Positions 1-6,662 of a stretch of 12,055 nucleotides of DNA are shown piece by piece. The stretch lies in the NCBI GenBank assembly GCA_043228905.1, contig JBHGNT010001103.1, positions 1 through 12,055 on the forward strand, in the 5' to 3' direction. Under the pieces are notes generated by a model, which was not told the origin of the DNA, did no database searches, and saw only the letters and a list, made by a program, of their open reading frames with translations. The stretch is from Azolla caroliniana. Taxonomy: Eukaryota > Plantae > Polypodiophyta. Position numbers and translations under genes: made by a program. Positions within the stretch are counted from its first letter, which is position 1. Each line of letters begins with the position of its first letter.

Positions 1-602
1 GGGTGGAAATGAGAGTAGGCTTAGTGCAAAGTTTTGTACACTACTAGAACTTTCTTAGCTTAAGCTATTTTCTTTTATTTTAGTTTTGATGATTGGATAA
101 ACACTCATTTTTGTTGTAACCCAATTGTCTCATGGGCCAAATTTGGCCTTAGAAGACGTTAATATATCTTTCTTTCTTTCTTTCTTTCTCTCCCTCTCTC
201 TCTTCCCTCCCCTTAACGTTGAACCCCCTTGGGAGGGGGGTGGAGCCATCCTAGGCACCACCCCCCACCCCATAATGCTACTCAATGCTTGTCATCTCTC
301 TCACCATCAATCCCATAACGCTCATCATCCTCATCAAACACACCATCTCCATCACCAATATCATTACCATTAACCCTAACCCCTAAACGTACAACAAAGG
401 CTGCTAATGGCCTTTGTATTTTGGAATCAAGGATGGCAACCTTTTTTGGGCCATATCAATATGGTTAATTTTGTAATATCAAATCAATATTTGAATCTCA
501 TCTTGGTTGTATATGACTCAATGCAAATCTTATTCAATGAGTCAGATGTTGAGGACTTTGAGATAATGGATTAAGCCTTGTATTTTTTATGGTTTTTGAT
601 TC

Positions 603-641
603 ATACATACATACATACATGTGTGTGTGTGTGTGTGTGTG
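603..641. repeat. Compound microsatellite (CATA)n(TG)n
   Basis: catacatacatacatacatgtgtgtg... Confidence 0.9.
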
Positions 642-817
642 TATAAACTAGGGTTGTAATGCTTTAGTAAAAACTTGTTTCTTGGTTGGGGGTCTTCTTA
701 GATGAGCTTTTTTATCACTTTATGATACTAATGTGGGGGATTAGATGCTCTCCTAGTGCTGAAATCATTCTCGAAGACTTGAAATCATGCTCTACTAGTG
801 TTGCATAGCCCTAGTAA

Positions 818-1160
818 TAGGGATCGGCAACGGTTCGGTTTAGGCTTAGCCTGTTTGGTCTTATCCAAGCCAAACCGGCTAAGCCTAAACCATTTTGGGG
901 ATCTCAAACCTAAACCGAACCGAACCGGTTTAGTAAACAGCTTAGAAACCAGTTTCCAAACCGGCTTGGAAACCAGTTTGGAAACCTCCCTCTCTCTCTC
1001 TCTCTCTCTCAGATGATCGACTATATAGTACACATTGTACAAGCTCTCCCTCCCACTCTCTCTCTCACGTCTATGTGGTCTCAACTCTCTCTCTCTCTCT
1101 CCCCTCGTCTATTTAGTCTCCCTCCCTCTCTCTCTCTCTCTCTTTCCCCTTGTCTATTGT

Positions 1161-1191
<31 letters not shown>

Positions 1192-1348
1192 CCTCTCACT
1201 CTAAAGTTTCTAAATGGCTTAGTTGGCTTAGTCGGTTTGGCGAGGCTCAAGCCAAGCCGACCCGAGCTCAAGTTCAAGCCTAAACCGAGCCGAGCCGAGC
1301 CGCTAAGCCAAACGGTTTAGACTTGAGCCGAGCCGTTGTCGATCCCTA
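818..1348. mobile_element. Non-autonomous hAT-family DNA transposon (MITE-like), 531 bp
   Basis: Perfect 8-bp TSD CCTAGTAA at 810-817 and 1349-1356. TIRs are TAGGGATCGGCAACGGTTCGG (left) and TAGGGATCGACAACGGCTCGG (reverse complement of right), 19/21 identical and 31/41 over a longer span. The TAGGGAT terminus resembles Ac/Ds. Subterminal AAACCG/AGCCG repeats flank a CT-microsatellite core, and there is no transposase. Confidence 0.93.
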
Positions 1349-1446
1349 CCTAGTAAGTCAATAATGGAGAAGATAGGCTATGTGAACACTGCACTAAATG
1401 GGGAGTTTAATTGCTACTCTATTGCTATAGGAAAGTTCATGTGCCC

Positions 1447-1514
1447 GCCCCCACAAATGTGTAGGTCAAGTTTTAATGAGTAGCCCCCACAAATGTGTAC
1501 CTCAAGTTTTAATG
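1447..1514. repeat. Direct repeat, 2 x 32 bp (period 36)
   Basis: GCCCCCACAAATGTGTA(GG/CC)TCAAGTTTTAATG at 1447-1478 and 1483-1514, 30/32 identical. Confidence 0.9.
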
Positions 1515-1566
1515 TTAAAACTTTTGTTCGAAATCCTCAAAAATCAATTATTCCATTTGTTCCAGT

Positions 1567-1646
1567 GAGGAGCCCGAGTCATTAATGAGGTGCCCGACTC
1601 ATATCAAGGGAGGGAGCCCGACTCATTAACAGGCAGGTGCCCAACT
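1567..1646. repeat. Four short motif copies GG(A/T)GCCC(G/A)A(C/G)T(CAT)
   Basis: gaggagcccgagtcat, gaggtgcccgactcat, ggagcccgactcat and caggtgcccaact. Confidence 0.8.
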
Positions 1647-1834
1647 ACGTGTAATGATGGCGTTGCAACGATCATACTAAATTGATTCACCAAAGTCACT
1701 AGCATGCACTAAGAGGTGAACTCATTCACTAAGAGTTGAAATCATTCAGATCATTCACAGTCTATTAATCACTCGCACTGATTTCATTCACCTCAATCAC
1801 AGTCAAACTACAAAAACCATTCACGAATAACTAA

Positions 1835-2153
1835 CATTCTCGATCATTCACTAAGAGCCGAAATCAAGGCTCGAAGTGCTGAAATCAATCTCGAGCTAAA
1901 TCATTTAAGAAGAATTGAAATCATCCACTTCATTCATGTGCATTCTCGATCATTCACTAAGAGCTGAAATCAAGGCTCGAAGTGCTAAAATCAATCTCAA
2001 GCTAAATCATTGAAGAAGAGTTGAAATCATCCACTTCATTCATGTGCATTCTCGATCATTCACTAAGAGCTAAAATCAATGCTCGAAAGTGCTGAAATCA
2101 ATTTCGAGCTAAATCATTGAAGAAGAGCGGAAATCATCCACTTCATTCATGTG
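1835..2153. repeat. Tandem repeat, 3 x 106-107 bp
   Basis: Units start with CATTCTCGATCATTCACTAAGAGC at 1835, 1941 and 2047, end with CACTTCATTCATGTG, and differ by few substitutions. Confidence 0.95.
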
Positions 2154-2320
2154 CCTTATCGATTACATTGAATTCATTTGAACTTCAATCATTGACATTC
2201 ATTTGAATTCATTCACTTCATTCATTGGCATAATCGCTCACATTCACCTCAATCACTGCCATTCTCGATCACATTGTATTCGCTCACTTCAATCACCGGA
2301 ATAATTGACCACAACCATAA

Positions 2321-5203
2321 ATGGAGAGCACAATGCATCATGGTATCTTCGCCATGTCGGAAGATGAATTGGAGGATACTTCATGGTCATCCAACGCATC
2401 GTTTGTATCTGAGGACGAATTGGAGATGCCTTTTGAGTCATCTGATTTCGATCATGAGGATGAGGTAGTGGATCCCTTAATGTATTGTTCCCCCAGGTAT
2501 TTTGCATTCTCAATAGGTACGTATGATTTGATGGTTAAAGATTTATCGGGACAAGTTAACGTAACATTAGAAGCATTACGTGATGTCGCAAGGGGTGCAT
2601 CTCTCAATCTCCATGCATGGAGGCACATGAAGAGTCGTCTCATACTCGGGAATGAGAGTGCAATCTACCCAACGACATCACCTAATCTTCAAGTAATATA
2701 TGTCGGGAAATGGATGGAGGTAGTATAAGCGTCACATGGTGACGCATCCCATCACACATTTTCAAAGACTGTTAAAGAGGTAAAGCAAGATTACACGACT
2801 GATGTACGTGATTATGGGATCGTAACAGAGTACATAAAAGCACTCATTAGAAGTTTGTGTTTGCCAAATGGCATCGAAGGTCGACCCAAACGAAGGTTTG
2901 GGATTGAGCATGGCCAAATATAACAAGACCCTACCCATAGAAGTGATCAAGGTAGAAACCCACCAATTAGATGATGCGCTCATGAATTTGCAAACCAAGT
3001 ATCACATGCTTAAGGAAAGGAGTCAAGAAGGGTATGGGTGTGACTAGGTATAGTTGTCATCGTGCTAGGACATCTCGACTTGCATCTAATTCCACTCAAC
3101 GATGCATGCGCTCACCCCGATGTGGGTGTACATTCCATGTGGACGTTAGAATGAATGTCGGGGTTGACAATGAGACACTAACCATTTAAATATATGGACC
3201 TCATAGTGGTCATGTACCATGTAGTAGGTCGGATGTGTACCATTTGCCAATGCACCCCAATGTCATAAGTTGTTGCAAAGATGACCTATTTGATGTTGGG
3301 TGTGCAAGGCATGTGGCACGAATGAGCATGCATAAGGAAGCATATCATAAGTCCAAGGCTAGTCCATTAGAGTGTGTTAGCTATAGGTTCTTTATGATAC
3401 CAAAGGAGGTCCATAACATGGCAAATAGGTTAAAAATTGGGAGTGCCATGACTAAGGTTTATTGGGCTTTGATGATGCAAGATGCTTATGCACTTCGAGA
3501 TATTGGGAAAGTGGCTCATGTTCAACCCTACCTGCTTGGTGAACTAGGATCTCCTGCCAGACAACCATTTATCTTGATACTTCAAGATTGATGGATGTTG
3601 GAAATGTGTGAGCGGTTGACCCTAAACAACTCTTGGGCAATCAACTCAACATTTAAAAAACAAACCAATTCGGGTTATCATTATATGCAGTTGTTGCTCC
3701 CAACACCATGGGAATTGGAATCCCGTTATGGTACATGCTTTGTAGTTTTGATAAGGGGTCAAACCATGAGTCGCATTAGAAACTTGTTTGAGAGTCATAT
3801 TCGCAAGGATGCCCACGGTGAGGCCAAATGCAAAAGTGATTGATAAATGTTGGACATCATATAATGCCATAACTAATGTGTTGCAACAGACTGTCAATCT
3901 TGGATTGTTGTAAATGGGCAACGGTCGCAAACACATAGTCGACTTTTTTTGTGTCAGTTTCACGCCAAAAAGTCATGGGTGGACAACTTGTTGCCAAAAG
4001 TAAGTGCAACTGAGAGAAACCATCTTTATCAACGAATGTGCCAACTCATGCAATGCATTATTGAATCCGCATTGAATGCGATGTGCGAGGAGTTAAAGGT
4101 AGAATTTGCAGACAAACCCGGTGTTTGGCAATATATAGGAGGATGGTGTGGTTTGACATGTGTGTGGAGGAAACTCTAGGCCAAGTTTGGTAGAATGTTC
4201 AACTATGGACATGTCGACACTACCAATATCGTGGAAAGACATTGGCAGTTTATAAAGTATACTGTCTTGAGAGAAAGAATAAACCGATCAATTACCGACC
4301 TTGTGCATGTCTTAATTGGGGACAATGAAACTGGCACTTGCATCGGAGGAATGATGATAGAGTGGTACAAGAAATCTGTGATAGTGGTCAGTTTGCACCC
4401 TGTGCAATTTGTAGGGATCAAAGGTCCCAACTTAAAGAGGCGGAGAGAATATTGGAAAGGTATGTCGACGATACTTCCACAATGCAAATTGTGGACGAGG
4501 CCCGATATTGGTTTAGAATCTTGAGCATGACGACTCCCACTCTATGGTATAATGTCTCACTCCAATGCTCATATTGTGATTGCCAAGACCTTGCGAGTAA
4601 ATGTAAGCATTTACTCGGTATCCGAATGATTATTGAGAGGCATTTATGTGGCTCATTTCCTTTTATAGATCACACGACCCAAATGTGAATGGACCTTAAT
4701 ACTGAAATAGAAGTGGAGGCAGAGGTAGAACGAGTCGGTGAGACAAACCCCACAACATTCGAGATTGAATCATTGAAATCCAAAATACAAACGATCGAGG
4801 AAGCACTTCAATGTCTCAAGCAAGGGTTAGGAACCTTTGACCGTGCAACTATTTGGGAATGTATACAAACATTGGAAGATGTGGCTAAGAAGGTGTATCG
4901 GGTTGGTGCACCAAAATCAACCAATGGAGAAGATGGCAAATCAATAAGTCGCAACCAACAAATCGGTGCCAAAAGAAGCGCAACAATAGACATCTCGCAA
5001 GAACTTATTGGCAGCTCCCCAAACACTTCCTGAAAAACTACAAAGAGGTGCAAGTCGGGGCTAGGAGGCGATTGCCAATATATGACCATGAGAAGGTTCA
5101 ATGTTTGCGTTGCGATGGCTTGACCTTGACTTCAAGGGACTTGATTGTTACATGTTGTAAAAATTGTGGTTATATCTTGCCATCATCCCGACATGCGCCA
5201 TAA
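2321..5203 (+). pseudogene. Degenerate Mutator-like (MULE) transposase with N-terminal WRKY/FAR1-like Zn finger, DDE core and SWIM Zn finger
   Basis: Translated across frameshifts and stops: YSCHR...RCGCTFHV...GPHSGH (3049-3213); PFILILQD*WM...WAINSTFK/TNQFGLSLYAVVAPNTMGIGIPLWYML (first catalytic D appears as N, AAC 3643-3645); VIDK (D at 3842); CQFHAKKSW (CxxH, 3952-3963); TTNIVERHW (E at 4234); SWIM CDC-x6-CKH (4575-4610). In-frame stops at 3187, 3589, 4177 and 4686, plus several frameshifts including the A-run near 3655. Confidence 0.88.
4211..4220. promoter_or_regulatory. Perfect match to the zinc deficiency response element consensus RTGTCGACAY (function unproven)
   Basis: ATGTCGACAC lies about 1.53 kb upstream of the MTP5 ATG, inside the transposase remnant. 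A partial copy ATGTCGACGA is at 4462-4471. Confidence 0.3.
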
Positions 5204-5671
5204 TCTTAACATGTAACGTGTGTATTCATATTTCCTTTTAGGGTTCCATGGCTTGGATTATTCTCATTGTCAACATTTGACATTTTAATCTTTTATGTAA
5301 GACTTGTTATTTGAATCTTTAAGTTGATTTGTTATTTGAAGCTTGGAGATATAACTTTGTGTGATTTTTGAGTTTTAAGTTTTCAGGTTTTGAGCAATTG
5401 GAAGCTTAGGTTTTTTTTGAGTAATTTTATGATCATTTTCGTGGCAAATATTTGTTGTACACTTTAACCTTTTTTTTTTTGGGAGTTTTTGATGTTTGTT
5501 TCTAAGTTGGGGGCTCCTCTTTTGGTGCGTCACAGACAGAGAGAGAGACACAGAGACATATATATATTATATATATATGTATCAGTATGTATGTTATGTG
5601 TTGAAATCGTCAAGACTGCAGATTATGGCGCTGCGAAGCTACTCTTGGTGACCGTTTTGTTCCTACAGGGG

Positions 5672-5696
5672 CCAATCCAATCCAATCCAATCCAAT
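5672..5696. repeat. (CCAAT)5 pentanucleotide repeat just upstream of the MTP5 ATG
   Basis: Five perfect copies 48-72 bp before ATG 5744. Confidence 0.9.
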
Positions 5697-5743
5697 CCAT
5701 AGCCAACAACAGATCCCCTCGCCTTTCATATCTGTTGTTCACC

Positions 5744-6662
5744 ATGGAACCTTCATCTCCTCCTCCTCCTCCTCTTTCTTCTCCTTCTTCTCCGTTTGAT
5801 GGTCATCATGGAAAGCTTCGTGTAGCAGGGAATGAACACCATCTTCACTATCATCATCATAAGCATGAAGAAGAAGAAGAAGAAGAAGAAGAAGAAGAAG
5901 AAGAAGAAGAAGAAAAACAGAAACATCTTCATCTTCATGACCATGGAGCAGAAGTAAACAGAATAGAAGAAGAAGAAGAAGAAGAAGAAGAAGAAGAAGA
6001 AGAAGAAGAAAAGCAGAAGAAACAACAACCAATCTTCTTCTCTCGACATTACTCATTCCAGGAGAATCTTCATCCACAACAACAAGACCATCGCCATCAC
6101 CATCATCACAACCACCACTACCCACACCAACAACAACAGCAGCAGCAGCAGCAGCAACAACACACCTTCTCTCGCCATGCTTCCTTTAATCTGCCTCCAA
6201 AAAGTAAACCCTTCGGATTTGCAATTTCCCCTGTTCCTCCCCCTCCTCCTTCTTTTCCGTCCTTTTCCTTTTCCTCTTCTTCCTCTTCCTCCCCCTCTCC
6301 TTCGATTTCTCGAATGTCTTCTTTCCAAGATCCAAAATCTCGGAGGGCACTGAATCGCATTGTTTCCATTGATCGGCACCGAGCTCCTGAAGTCTTCAGC
6401 TCCCAAGAAGACGTTTGGAAAGGTCAGTTTGTGTCCACTCATTCCAATATTAACCAAGAGAAAGAAGAGAAGGAAGAAAAAAAGAGGATTTTAGGCAAAC
6501 ATAATTCGCCCAAATTTTCAACCTCAACTTGGAGGAGCTTGGCTCTTTCAACTTTAAGGTCTGGCAAAAGAAGTGGCCCGCGGAAGCTTCTCATGCTTAT
6601 CTTTCTCAACTTTACATATTCCTTTGTGGAACTTTTCTTAGGTCTTCTTTCTGGACGAATTG
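5744..6662 (+). CDS. MTP5: MTP5 exon 1 (low-complexity cytosolic N-terminus plus TM1)
   Basis: In frame with ORF 5489..6697. Donor G|GTAAGT at 6662/6663. The LNRIVSID..PEVFS segment resembles the MTP5 N-terminal motif LDRTVSSID..PEIYS (from memory). Confidence 0.9.

Larger units (their letters stand above)
1391..5528 (+). mobile_element. Approximate extent of the MULE element including subterminal repeats
   Basis: The transposase remnant is preceded by repeat arrays at 1447-2153. End similarity is weak: GCACTAAATGGGGAG (1391-1405) vs reverse complement of 5514-5528 GCACCAAAAGAGGAG (12/15), and GAGGAGCCC (1567) inverted at 5511-5519. No TSD found, so boundaries are uncertain. Confidence 0.35.

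Noticed and set aside
125-373. 82-aa ORF with a His-rich C-terminus
   Set aside because: Non-ATG start and made of CT and CAT low-complexity tracts, with no domain or splice support.
371-388. Telomere-like TAACCCTAACCCCTAAA
   Set aside because: Only about 2 imperfect units; at most a telo-box, not an interstitial telomeric array.
785-1283. Several overlapping ORFs with LSLSLS or RERERE runs
   Set aside because: They are translations of the MITE repeats and CT microsatellite.
1447-2153. CRISPR-like appearance of the repeat arrays
   Set aside because: The units are contiguous tandem repeats without unique spacers, the context is eukaryotic, and there are no cas genes.
2289-5101. Minus-strand ORFs across the transposase region
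   Set aside because: Antisense shadows; all recognisable motifs are on the plus strand.
5489-5743. 85-codon N-terminal extension of the 402-aa ORF
   Set aside because: It runs through (GA)n, (TA)n and (CCAAT)n repeats, and ATG 5744 has the better context and marks the change in composition. The ORF tail 6663-6697 is intron.
5739-6457. Minus-strand poly-Leu, poly-Phe and poly-Cys ORFs
   Set aside because: Antisense readings of the exon 1 trinucleotide repeats.
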